Shown piece after piece: positions 28,973 to 38,311 of a DNA stretch of 64,000 nucleotides. Source of the stretch: Candidatus Poribacteria bacterium (lineage in GTDB: Bacteria; Poribacteria; WGA-4E; PCPOR2b); contig OZ240245.1 of assembly GCA_965198175.1 (NCBI GenBank), forward strand, positions 3,936,001-4,000,000, in the 5' to 3' direction. Position 1 is the stretch's first letter, and each line of letters begins with the position of its first letter. The translations under genes were made by a program, and so were the position numbers. The notes below the pieces were generated by a model. The model was not told where the DNA came from. It saw nothing but the letters and a program-made list of their open reading frames with translations, and searched no databases.

Positions 28973-30223
28973 CTACTCCACAATGACGAAATCGAGCCGT
29001 CGATGTGCTTCCCGGAGCGCCCCCTCGACATCTGCAGGGGTGCTTCTCCGCGCGAAGATGAATCCAAGGTAACGTGAACCTTCAGGGAGTGGAACAACTT
29101 CTTGTCCCAACGGGATGCTTATGGTAATATTCTCAATTCCAGCGACCCTCTCGGCTTCAGCTTTACCGCGAACCTCACGTAGGATGCCGGGACGAGGAAT
29201 GGGTATCATCATGACGCCAGCAGCCCCCTTTTCCCGTTCCAACGATTGCACCTCGATACCGACAGCATGTCGAAGGATGAGCTCTTCTAACGATATTCCG
29301 GTGCCGAAACGCAATGTACGCGAGCAAAGCCCGCCGATTGATCTCGCCGCGATCTCAAGAAGCCATGCGCCCGCGTCGTTCAACCGAAGTTCTGCATGCA
29401 CAGGACCTTCCCGCAAACCGAGCGTTTTCGCCGCTTGTGCTGTAACGGCTGTGATATCCTGCTGCAAATGGACTGGTAATTGTGATGGCGTAATATAGAG
29501 CGTTTCTTCGAAAAATGGACCGTCCAACGGATCGGGCTTGTCGAAAATCGCAAGGGTTTTGAGTCTGCCGCCCAGAAGAAGTCCTTCAAAGGCAACTTCG
29601 ATCCCAGGAATGTAGCTTTCAACAAGCACCTGTTGTGCTTCGGCATCGCCTCGGTTGGCGATGCCCGACGCTTGTAAAATCGCAACCACCCGATGAAACG
29701 CATCTATGAATTGATCCCGTCTGTCGGCGCGAATGACCCCCCGGCTCGCGGAAAGGGAAAGAGGTTTTACAACACATGGGAAACTCACCCGATGCGTGAG
29801 CGTCACAGTATTGTCGTCCGTTGAAAACAGATTGAAGCGGGGAGAGCGAATTCCGGCATCAGCAAGCGCTTTCCGCATGCGGTATTTGTTTCGGGTTGCG
29901 TAAGCAGATTCGACAGTGTTGTGCGGGATAGATAATGCTTTCGACGCCATTGCCGCAAGGATAGTCGTGTCGTCGTCAACCCCCACGATAGCATCAATCG
30001 GATATGTTCCCGCGAACGTTACGATTTCTTCCATCCCCTTTGCAGGATCCCGAAAGTTGAGCGTGAGCGTCTTGCGGGGGGACAATTCTGAAAGCGTTTG
30101 AGGGCGGTCAGAACCAACCACAACTTCTATGTCTAACTGCCCTGCCGCTGCCAAGAAGTCCGTTGCACGATACGTTCTCGTGGGCAGCAGAAGAAGAATT
30201 CGCTTCCGCTTCGATGACATCAT
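28973..30223 (-). CDS. ATP-grasp domain ligase
   Basis: NKYRMR, FPCVVKP..SASRGV, VESYIPG.E, HAELR, EIAARSIGG. Start placed at MMSSKRKR. Confidence 0.85.
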   Translation of the reverse strand: MMSSKRKRILLLLPTRTYRATDFLAAAGQLDIEVVVGSDRPQTLSELSPRKTLTLNFRDPAKGMEEIVTFAGTYPIDAIVGVDDDTTILAAMASKALSIPHNTVESAYATRNKYRMRKALADAGIRSPRFNLFSTDDNTVTLTHRVSFPCVVKPLSLSASRGVIRADRRDQFIDAFHRVVAILQASGIANRGDAEAQQVLVESYIPGIEVAFEGLLLGGRLKTLAIFDKPDPLDGPFFEETLYITPSQLPVHLQQDITAVTAQAAKTLGLREGPVHAELRLNDAGAWLLEIAARSIGGLCSRTLRFGTGISLEELILRHAVGIEVQSLEREKGAAGVMMIPIPRPGILREVRGKAEAERVAGIENITISIPLGQEVVPLPEGSRYLGFIFARRSTPADVEGALREAHRRLDFVIVE

Positions 30224-30260
30224 GAATTCCTCCGGAGAGCTCTCCCTCTTGCTAAGTTGA

Positions 30261-30382
30261 TTGTAGGTTGGGTAGCTCTTGTAGGTTGGGTAGAGCGGTG
30301 TTGGCGAACCATGGAACGTAGGGAGTATGCGTTTCGGGGGTTGATTCTGTTTGAAACTTGTTATGATGTAGCGAAACCCAAC
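30261..30382 (+). repeat. GTAG-type REP-like element with duplicated head
   Basis: TTGTAGGTTGGGTAG twice (30261, 30279), with partner arm GCGAAACCCAAC at 30371-30382. Confidence 0.55.
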
Positions 30383-30560
30383 GATCAAGCGACCGAACAG
30401 GGAGCGCGATAGTTTTGGTGTCGGTGAAGACTATCGCCACCTTATCGGACAGTTTCCTTTCGGATTGTTCCATTGATATGCACTCCAATACAGACGTATT
30501 CTAGACTTGTGAATCTTCCCTCCAAATTATCTATCTTTCGGCGATGGGGCAATGTACGCT

Positions 30561-31526
30561 TTACATCTCAACCTGCGCGCCGGTATTGTTCGCTTGTGTA
30601 ATGAAGCACGTTCCACCGGCTGGCAAGGTTTCGAGAAACCTTTGGGTTTTTTCCTGCAATTCGCGTAGGCTTTCTCCAACAGCAAAAATCGCAGGACCCC
30701 AACTGCTAACGCCGGCGCCAATCGCGCCGTTATCCCATAAGAAATTCAGCGTCTGTTGCACCACACCGCCTTGAGCGACAATCTCAACTTGCTTCCATCC
30801 AAACCCTTGGATGCAGTTGATAGCTTCCCCGAACGCAGCCAGACCTTTTTCGAAGATTGCCGGTAGGAGTTTGAGCAGGATGAGATGGGAAAGTTGTTCA
30901 GCGCTTGATCGGGGTTGAGGACATAGGTTCTGAAAGAGATTAATCTCTGTTTGCCCCGCTATCCGGGCGCAATTTGGAATGGCGATGAGCACATCCCAGT
31001 CGGGGAAGGGGTGGCGCAGCAGCGTGGGAGGCGGTGGTACGTTTCCCGCTGCGGAGGAGGGCAGAAATGAGGGTTTCTGATCGGGAAAGGAATGTCCGCC
31101 ATCTAGGATGAATCCGCCGCCTTCAAATGCCGCGATGCCTATTCCTGATGTGCCGCCGCGCCCTACGGCTCGCGCCAAATCCGTCACACTTAAATTAAGG
31201 TCAAAAAGGACATTCACCGCCTGAGCAATCCCTAAAGCGAGTTGCGTACCAGAACCAAATCCGCAGTGATTGGGGATTTCAGATTGGAGTTTGAGATTGA
31301 CCCCCGCTACTCCATATTTCACTTGCAGGCGTTCAAGAATACCTCGGGCACGTTCTTGATAATGAACGGATTCAACTTGAATCTGATTCGAAGGTTCTGC
31401 AACAATCTGAAAATGCGGCTCGTGTATTGCGAGACCGATGCTTCCATCAATCCTACCCAATGCACCGTTGAGATCTATAAGTGCAAAGTGAAGTCGGGCT
31501 GGTGTTGTGATTGTTACTCGGCGCAT
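30561..31526 (-). CDS. mptG: Beta-ribofuranosylaminobenzene 5'-phosphate synthase family (GHMP kinase fold)
   Basis: TPARLH..LIDLNG..GRIDG, H.GFGSGTQ, GRGGTSGIG..AF..GGFILDGGH, SSWGP. Confidence 0.8.
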   Translation of the reverse strand: MRRVTITTPARLHFALIDLNGALGRIDGSIGLAIHEPHFQIVAEPSNQIQVESVHYQERARGILERLQVKYGVAGVNLKLQSEIPNHCGFGSGTQLALGIAQAVNVLFDLNLSVTDLARAVGRGGTSGIGIAAFEGGGFILDGGHSFPDQKPSFLPSSAAGNVPPPPTLLRHPFPDWDVLIAIPNCARIAGQTEINLFQNLCPQPRSSAEQLSHLILLKLLPAIFEKGLAAFGEAINCIQGFGWKQVEIVAQGGVVQQTLNFLWDNGAIGAGVSSWGPAIFAVGESLRELQEKTQRFLETLPAGGTCFITQANNTGAQVEM

Positions 31527-31642
31527 ACTAGGTGTACCGATTCGTGATGGGTAATCGGAGAATCCTCCCCCTTGCCAAGCTTACTATTAACCACAAGTCT
31601 GCAAAGTCGCGCGGGGCGTGCACCCACATGAGTTAAAGACAG

Positions 31643-31732
31643 TCTAAACATGCCGCTCCAGCGGAGCGGCATTTGGACGCGCGCGATAAAATGAACGCTT
31701 GTAGGGGCACCCCTCGTGGGTGCCCGCCCTAC
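31643..31732. repeat. Palindrome/REP-like cluster
   Basis: ATGCCGCTCC-AGC-GGAGCGGCAT hairpin (31650-31672) and GTAGGGGCACCCCTCGTGGGTGCCC...CCCTAC (31701-31732). Confidence 0.6.
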
Positions 31733-31750
31733 TAATACAGTAATTGCTGA

Positions 31751-32431
31751 TTAGGCACGTCTTTCATCCTGTTCGATTAAGCCGTCGCGAATGTAGAGGA
31801 TTCGCTGCGCATGGGCAGCAAGATCTGCCTCGTGCGTCACCATGATAATTGTGTTGCCGCCATTGTTCAACCGCTCGAAGATTGCCATAAGCTCTTCACT
31901 CGATTTCGAGTCCAAATTTCCCGTTGGCTCATCTGCGAAGGTAATTGATGGGTTATTCACGAGCGCACGCGCAATCGCAACGCGCTGAATCTGTCCACCG
32001 GATAGTTCATTAGACTTGTGGCTGACGCGATCCGCTAACCCGACGGCTTCCAACGCTTCAAAAGCTCTCCGTTTTCGTTCTTTTCGCCCTACCCCACTGT
32101 AAATAAGCGGTAGTTCGACATTGTGTAACGCCGTTGTCCGTGGCAGAAGATTGAACGATTGAAACACAAAACCGACCTTTCGATTGCGAATCTCAGCAAG
32201 ATGATTGTCCGTCAGCTTGCCAACCTCTTCCTCCTCAAGATAGTATTCACCTTCCGTCGGCTTCGCAAGACAACCTAGAATATCCATCAGGGTGGATTTT
32301 CCTGAACCAGACGGCCCCATGATTGCCATAAACTCCCCCTGTTCAACAGTAAATGAGACCCCCCGTAATGCGTGAACTTCAACGTTTCCGATTGCGTATA
32401 TCATCTTTAGATTGCGGACATCAATTAGCAA
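31751..32431 (-). CDS. ABC transporter ATP-binding protein (MacB/LolD-like)
   Basis: [26 protein letters not shown]. Confidence 0.93.
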   Translation of the reverse strand: MLIDVRNLKMIYAIGNVEVHALRGVSFTVEQGEFMAIMGPSGSGKSTLMDILGCLAKPTEGEYYLEEEEVGKLTDNHLAEIRNRKVGFVFQSFNLLPRTTALHNVELPLIYSGVGRKERKRRAFEALEAVGLADRVSHKSNELSGGQIQRVAIARALVNNPSITFADEPTGNLDSKSSEELMAIFERLNNGGNTIIMVTHEADLAAHAQRILYIRDGLIEQDERRA

Positions 32432-32516
32432 TTGGCTACCCTTAGGCTAGTAATTCCGTTCGTTAGGATTTGAACCTGTGAACTTTGGTTAATTTAATCT
32501 GAGGTTTCTGTTTTCT

Positions 32517-33911
32517 TTATTGGAGAATTCCCATAGCGCGCTGCAAAGCCGCTTGTGCAATTTTATAGTCGTAGAAAGCGCGAACCTGATTCGTCAAGAC
32601 GCCCGCAAATTCAGTTTGGGCATCGAGCAGTTCCAACAAGATGGCAAGTTCTTGTTCATATCGTCCTCTGGTTACTTCGAGGCTTAACTGGGCATTTCGG
32701 ACTTGGGTATTGGTAATCTCCAACGCCCTTTCAGCCCTTCTTAGGCTGAGGTAGGCTTGACGAACCTCTAATGCGATGGATCGCTCAAGATCGCCGGCGG
32801 TCTCATGTTCCTGTTCAAGGGATAGTTTAGCTTCTTGGGCGTGCCGTCTTGTCACACCACCATCGAAAATGGGAAAACTCAGCATCGCAGTAATGTTCCA
32901 ATTCTGGAATTCCCTGAAGTTCTTGGGTTCATTGAGCGAATCATTGACGGAGAGCTCATAACTCGACTCTGCATTTAGCCGTGGCCACCGCTCCAACTTT
33001 GCCAAGGTCAAATCTGATTCAAGTTGTTTAATTCTGGCTTCAGACTCGCCAAATTCGGGGCGATTCTCAATGGCTCGTTGGACCGCTGCCTCAAGTGATA
33101 TTTGCATCGATTCGACCTTGCCCTTTTCACGATACAGCTGATACGTTATGTCCTCCGCAACCGTGATTAATGTGCCCGGATCCAACCCCATAATTCGTGG
33201 CAGATTCGCCATGGCAATCTCGAGTTCGTTTTGGTCGTTCAGCAGGTTTAATTCGTCATTTGCCTCTCTGACTTGGGCTGTCGCAACATCGGCTTCAATC
33301 TGTACCCCTGCTTGTACAAAGTCCTTTACCCGTTCGCGGTTCTCTCTTGAACGCGCTAGGATTTCCTGATCGACGTCGATTAGCGCCTGTGTTTTAAGTA
33401 CATTATAGTATGCCTGCGTCACGTCAAAAATCAGACTCCGTTTAATCCTATGGTTCCGCTGCTCGGTTACGTTGAGACTCTCTTTTGCCCGCGCAAAATT
33501 AGCCCTTCTTTGTCCGTGGTCCCATAGCGTATACCGCGCGGTGATGCCTGCATCATAATTGTGGCGAATGAACCCAGAATCAGCCTGATCGGCGGCAAGC
33601 AAACGCTCGTTGAAAATTAGATTCGAGCGATCAGAGACAACATAACGTCCGTTGATGAAGAAGTCCGGATAATAGAGCGATCGTGCGTTTTTGATTCGGA
33701 GCTCCTGAATTGCCGAATCTATTCCTGCATTTCTCATTTCAGTCGAATCTTCAAGTGCAAGCTTAATACACTGTTCAAGTGTAAGCGGTTGTGACAAATC
33801 AACCTGTTGTTGATTGTGATTCTGAGCGATTGTCTCCCAGACTCCTGTGAGCGGGGCAGAAAACAGCGCGCAAACAATAACTAGCCACATTTTATGTCGA
33901 ATCATTCTCAT
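32517..33911 (-). CDS. TolC-family outer membrane efflux protein
   Basis: Signal peptide, LTLEQCI..AL, two OEP repeats, PIFDGG, ELLDAQ. Confidence 0.88.
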   Translation of the reverse strand: MRMIRHKMWLVIVCALFSAPLTGVWETIAQNHNQQQVDLSQPLTLEQCIKLALEDSTEMRNAGIDSAIQELRIKNARSLYYPDFFINGRYVVSDRSNLIFNERLLAADQADSGFIRHNYDAGITARYTLWDHGQRRANFARAKESLNVTEQRNHRIKRSLIFDVTQAYYNVLKTQALIDVDQEILARSRENRERVKDFVQAGVQIEADVATAQVREANDELNLLNDQNELEIAMANLPRIMGLDPGTLITVAEDITYQLYREKGKVESMQISLEAAVQRAIENRPEFGESEARIKQLESDLTLAKLERWPRLNAESSYELSVNDSLNEPKNFREFQNWNITAMLSFPIFDGGVTRRHAQEAKLSLEQEHETAGDLERSIALEVRQAYLSLRRAERALEITNTQVRNAQLSLEVTRGRYEQELAILLELLDAQTEFAGVLTNQVRAFYDYKIAQAALQRAMGILQ

Positions 33912-34063
33912 CTCCTGAGTTATTATTGAACATCCGTCTAAGGTCAGTCCGATATTGATTATGACGGAATCGAGAGTATAAAGTTTAGGGAGAAGCAGTC
34001 CTGCGATTGGACTATTCGCGCCGCCCTATAAAAGTGGCAATTGTTAGGTAAAGGTACTCATCA

Positions 34064-35608
34064 TTAGAGGCCCCAGGATTCCCAACCTGATCGATGATAG
34101 AACAGCAATATGGGGGTCAGAAGCGTATTAACCTGTGTCTCGATTTCCTCAATATCTTTGTCAAATGTAAAAACGGACGCAATTGACGCATCTGATAGAA
34201 AACGCGTGGGCACGGTAATTCTAATCCGATTTGGATTGGGACGCCATTCACCAAAAAAATTAAAACCCCACTCACCAAAGCTCGGCACATACACGTGGTA
34301 AGGGATTGCATCGAATCCAGCCGCTTCGATGGTCTGATGGATACACCAAAAGGCTTCCCGTGCAAAGTAGGGGGAAGAACTCTGCGTCACAGCAAGTCCA
34401 TCTCTAGTAAGGTGGTGTTTGACAAGTTGGTAGAACTCTCTTGAGTAAAGCGATACCAACCCTTCATCATCTGGATCCGGCAGATCGATAACAATGAGGT
34501 TATAACGCTGCTCCGCCGTCTGGAGAAACCGCTGCGCATCCTGGTTAATCACGTGCACCTTCGGATTCTGGAAGGCATCGCGGTTCAGTTGACGGAACAT
34601 AGGATCTCTACGCGCCAGACTCGTAATCATTGGATCGATGTCAACTACTGTTACCGAATTCACATCATTGTATTTCAAGATCTCTCGTACTGCAAGCCCA
34701 TCGCCGCCGCCGAGCACAAGTATCTGCGATCGTGACGGGATAAGCGAAGCCGCCGGATGAACAAGGATTTCATGATAACGGTGTTCGTCCATCGTGCTGA
34801 ATTGCAAACGTCCGTTGATGAAAAGGCGAATATCGTCTTTCCAACGGGTTAGAACAATCCGCTGATATTTGGAGGTTTTTGATAAAATAATTTTGTCCGC
34901 ATAGATGCGCTGCTCAAGATAACCGCTGACTGGATTGCTGATTAACAACCCGCCCGCTAGCCCGAAAGCGATGAGCACGCTCACAAGCGAGATTGACTTC
35001 AGATGTTGAAATTCACGTCGAAATAAAATCAGGTTGCCGAAGACAACAGCAAGATTGGCGAGTGCCATAACCATTGATGTGTCAAAAATTCCGACCACAG
35101 GAAGCAGCAATAGCGGGAAGGCTAGTGCACCAATCAATCCGCCCAGATAGTCAAAGGTCAAGACGTTCGCTAGGGCGATTCGTAGAGGGGTGTATTCGCG
35201 GAAAATACGTGTCAGCAGTGGGAGTTCCAGCCCGGTGAGCGTACCAATCAGAATAATCAAACTCCACATTATCGGCGTGTAGAAAAAATTAAAGCTGTAG
35301 GCTGCAAAGAGAAGCGGGCAGGAAAAACCGCCGATGCATCCGATCGCCAATTCAACGGAGATAAAGGTGGACATAAGTCGCCGGGTAAGATATTTGGAGA
35401 GGTAAGATCCAACGCCTAAAGCTGTCATAAACAGCCCGATGGTAATCGAAAACTGATAGACGCTGTTACCCAGCAGATAGGATGATAAGCTCCCGATGCC
35501 GAGCTCATAGACAAGCGCGCAAACAGCAATGATAGAGGTAGAGAGCAATAGTATGACGCTTCGAGACCTAGCAGATTGAAGCATCGGTTCGGAGGGGTTT
35601 GCGTTCAT
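34064..35608 (-). CDS. speE: Polyamine aminopropyltransferase with N-terminal membrane domain
   Basis: LVYEL TM region, YHE.LVHP, LGGGDG, DLPDP, VPSFGEWG. Confidence 0.88.
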   Translation of the reverse strand: MNANPSEPMLQSARSRSVILLLSTSIIAVCALVYELGIGSLSSYLLGNSVYQFSITIGLFMTALGVGSYLSKYLTRRLMSTFISVELAIGCIGGFSCPLLFAAYSFNFFYTPIMWSLIILIGTLTGLELPLLTRIFREYTPLRIALANVLTFDYLGGLIGALAFPLLLLPVVGIFDTSMVMALANLAVVFGNLILFRREFQHLKSISLVSVLIAFGLAGGLLISNPVSGYLEQRIYADKIILSKTSKYQRIVLTRWKDDIRLFINGRLQFSTMDEHRYHEILVHPAASLIPSRSQILVLGGGDGLAVREILKYNDVNSVTVVDIDPMITSLARRDPMFRQLNRDAFQNPKVHVINQDAQRFLQTAEQRYNLIVIDLPDPDDEGLVSLYSREFYQLVKHHLTRDGLAVTQSSSPYFAREAFWCIHQTIEAAGFDAIPYHVYVPSFGEWGFNFFGEWRPNPNRIRITVPTRFLSDASIASVFTFDKDIEEIETQVNTLLTPILLFYHRSGWESWGL

Positions 35609-36144
35609 ATCAGTTCAATCTGTGTTTGCGTCGTAACGATTCCGAATTCGTTCGGATAGGTATGGCAGGTTCGTATCCGGATGTGCTTCGGTTGGCAAGC
35701 ATACTCAATGAGCGTCAAGGCAGGGTGGTCAAAGCCGAACGATTCCCCCGGAAATTCATGGTAAACCCCTGCCTCCTTTCGCTTATGTAGCAGTCGGGAG
35801 CGCTGTAAAAAGTCAGTTGGTGTGAACTGTTGTATCTCCCAATCAATTGAATATCGCAAATTGGTGCGGCAAACTGCTTCGCCTCCGGATTCACGCAGCC
35901 GCTTAACACACAGTACAGGCGTTTGCATGTTGTCAATCGTTGAACAAGCAACTACCTCTGTTAAGGTGGCAAACGGCGTGACGATAGATAGGGCGTGACT
36001 CGTACTCACCACACGTAAATCTAGTTGATAGTCTGATTGATGAAGGTGCTTATGTTTCAGGACTTCTATGTTGTCAGGTAGATTCTCTGTTTCCAAAAGA
36101 TAAAAATTCAGTTCGGAGATAGACTGATTCTGATACCGTGTCAT
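35605..36144 (-). CDS. DUF2617-like protein
   Basis: C-terminal 'ALT...RTCHTYPNE..IVTTQT' and position upstream of membrane-type speE. Confidence 0.6.
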   Translation of the reverse strand: MTRYQNQSISELNFYLLETENLPDNIEVLKHKHLHQSDYQLDLRVVSTSHALSIVTPFATLTEVVACSTIDNMQTPVLCVKRLRESGGEAVCRTNLRYSIDWEIQQFTPTDFLQRSRLLHKRKEAGVYHEFPGESFGFDHPALTLIEYACQPKHIRIRTCHTYPNEFGIVTTQTQIELI

Positions 36145-36294
36145 GAAAATTTCCCCAGCGTCATATTATCTCGTGGAATAGAAAAGAGCCATTGTGTTTT
36201 TTGCTATGTATACCATGCTCCTACTTGTGTTTCAATATAAAATTTTAGCATGCGTGTTTTTGCGGGTCAACAGAAATCGATATTGAATCAAGCC

Positions 36295-36323
36295 TTGACA
36301 TTGCGTGCATTTCACGTTAGAAT
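36295..36323 (+). promoter_or_regulatory. Sigma-70 promoter
   Basis: TTGACA-N17-TAGAAT. Confidence 0.6.
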
Positions 36324-36437
36324 TAAACTTGTATTTTTGGGGCTGTGCCAGCCATCAATCAATTACAACGAATCACGTCTTGCACATAGACTACAACCGC
36401 CTCGGAACACAAGTGCGCGTTTTTTTCTCACAGCCAA

Positions 36438-37304
36438 ATGGAGAACCGCGTGACCCAAGCAAAACTCGTTGACTCATATCAAAAAGCCAAGAAATTGTTG
36501 GCAATGCCTACACAGGCAGCGGAGGCGTTGTTTCAAAGCTATACAACGGGGCAGCAAGTAGAGATAATTTCATCTACGCGGAACGCTAGAGACCGTGAGG
36601 AACTGTATTACCTCGTGGAAGATTGTACGGAGCTTGTCCAAAAAAGCCCAACAGAAGATGTGTTGCAAATTTTGGATACGACGCTCGGGACGGGCCTCGC
36701 ATCGGTAATGTTACAATGCCTTTCGCCAGAACAGTTTGAAGAACTAATGGATTTGACACTCTGGCGGAACGGCAAACTCGATGAAAAATCACTAAATCTC
36801 TGGCTTTTTGAGCTATCGGAATGCGACCGTGATGAACTTGGAAATCTACTCTCTCGGGTGGATGTCAGGTTAATAGCCAACATGCTGCGCAATCGGGTTA
36901 AGGTAAAAACAAACTACAAAGCACTGTTTATCGAGGCGGGTTTGATTGATCCGGCATCGAAAGAGATTGTGTATGCGGACGAGCGGGCAAGAGACATTAT
37001 AACAGCTATCTGGGAAGCAGATGAAGAACTGTTCACACGTCTTTTGCGTGAAATCTTCACGCTGGAGGCTAGTGCTGCCGATCGTGAAAAAATAGATTTT
37101 GAACCCGATCGTGTACTTGGACAAGTTAAAGAGCAACGCGATGAACGGGTTCGAGAACGTGATTTAGCGACTGGCATAGATATCACTGAGGAGGAAATTC
37201 TTGAAAAGGTCGATCTTGATAATCTGAATCTAGTGGGCGACAATCCGGACGAGGCACCTGAGAAATCTAATATAGAAGATGACGAAGAACAAAGAAATAC
37301 TTGA
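36438..37304 (+). CDS. Hypothetical acidic protein (DUF6178-like N-terminal part)
   Basis: 288-aa ORF; 'EQF..LMDLTLW......WL..L' pattern. Confidence 0.55.
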   Translation: MENRVTQAKLVDSYQKAKKLLAMPTQAAEALFQSYTTGQQVEIISSTRNARDREELYYLVEDCTELVQKSPTEDVLQILDTTLGTGLASVMLQCLSPEQFEELMDLTLWRNGKLDEKSLNLWLFELSECDRDELGNLLSRVDVRLIANMLRNRVKVKTNYKALFIEAGLIDPASKEIVYADERARDIITAIWEADEELFTRLLREIFTLEASAADREKIDFEPDRVLGQVKEQRDERVRERDLATGIDITEEEILEKVDLDNLNLVGDNPDEAPEKSNIEDDEEQRNT

Positions 37305-38262
37305 AAGCGATGCCCTAATTCAATATAACAATCGTCTGTTTTTCGCACAAACGCTCGCCCATGGGCAAAAGACGGGGGAAATTACACCAGAGAGAATAGA
37401 TGAAATTCACAAGGATACTGCCGTACTTTCTCACAAGCTAATTGCGATTAGAGTGGAAGATTTCACATCGTCTACAGCAATTCGAAAACATGTTCAGGAA
37501 GCGTTTGCGCTAACAAGTATAGGATTGGAGTACGGCAGCAAGGGCGATTTGGGTAAATCCGTCCGTTTACTGAATAAGAACCGCACGATTAAGTTTTTCC
37601 AAATCGGCAATACGCTCGTTGATAAATTAGTGATACGTTCCCAGAATACCCTTGAAACGTCAAAGCTCACCGCTCCAGAGCAGCCAGCGTTGCCGGCTAC
37701 TGTGCCAGAGGAGATTCAAGTTTACAATGATTTGGAACGCGAATTTCTGGAATCTATTTCTGAGCGAAAACTAGTGATTGACGCTGCCCAGGTAGTGCTT
37801 CATCAGGTTTCACCACCACGTCCGTTAACCAGCCTTGAGGACATAGCGATTGCCAATCGACAGTTGGATGACCTGGACTGTCGATTGAACTATTTCCAGG
37901 CGCTTCCCCAGGAAAAGGTTTTCGCTCCTGAATACCTCTTTCCCATTAGCGGCGACATCCCTCAACAGATTACGCAGTCATTGATGGTCAACTTAATTCT
38001 GTATCGCGAGATTGATTTTCACCTCGCGCCTGAAGATTGGAACAATTTTCATGATATTGCTTATGATGCAGCGGATGACACCATCAAAAAGGATACGCGC
38101 GACCGACTGCTTGGCTGGATTGGGCACTATCTTGATAGGATGGGACAAGCGGATGAAGTTAGAAAATACACCATCAAATACTGGCGATATTGCTTAAAAC
38201 AAGTGGAAACAGAGTTGAAAAGCAAGCCAAGGCACGAAGCTGTTAATGTTTCACGCTCCTGA
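37279..38262 (+). CDS. Hypothetical protein (DUF6178/6179-like C-terminal part)
   Basis: 327-aa ORF overlapping the previous one; 'SIGLEY.S.GD....V.LL......FFQIG' pattern. Confidence 0.55.
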   Translation: MTKNKEILESDALIQYNNRLFFAQTLAHGQKTGEITPERIDEIHKDTAVLSHKLIAIRVEDFTSSTAIRKHVQEAFALTSIGLEYGSKGDLGKSVRLLNKNRTIKFFQIGNTLVDKLVIRSQNTLETSKLTAPEQPALPATVPEEIQVYNDLEREFLESISERKLVIDAAQVVLHQVSPPRPLTSLEDIAIANRQLDDLDCRLNYFQALPQEKVFAPEYLFPISGDIPQQITQSLMVNLILYREIDFHLAPEDWNNFHDIAYDAADDTIKKDTRDRLLGWIGHYLDRMGQADEVRKYTIKYWRYCLKQVETELKSKPRHEAVNVSRS

Positions 38263-38311
38263 ATTTTGGTTCCAACCCACCCGTCAGATACGTGATGTTG
38301 TTTCTGTTACA

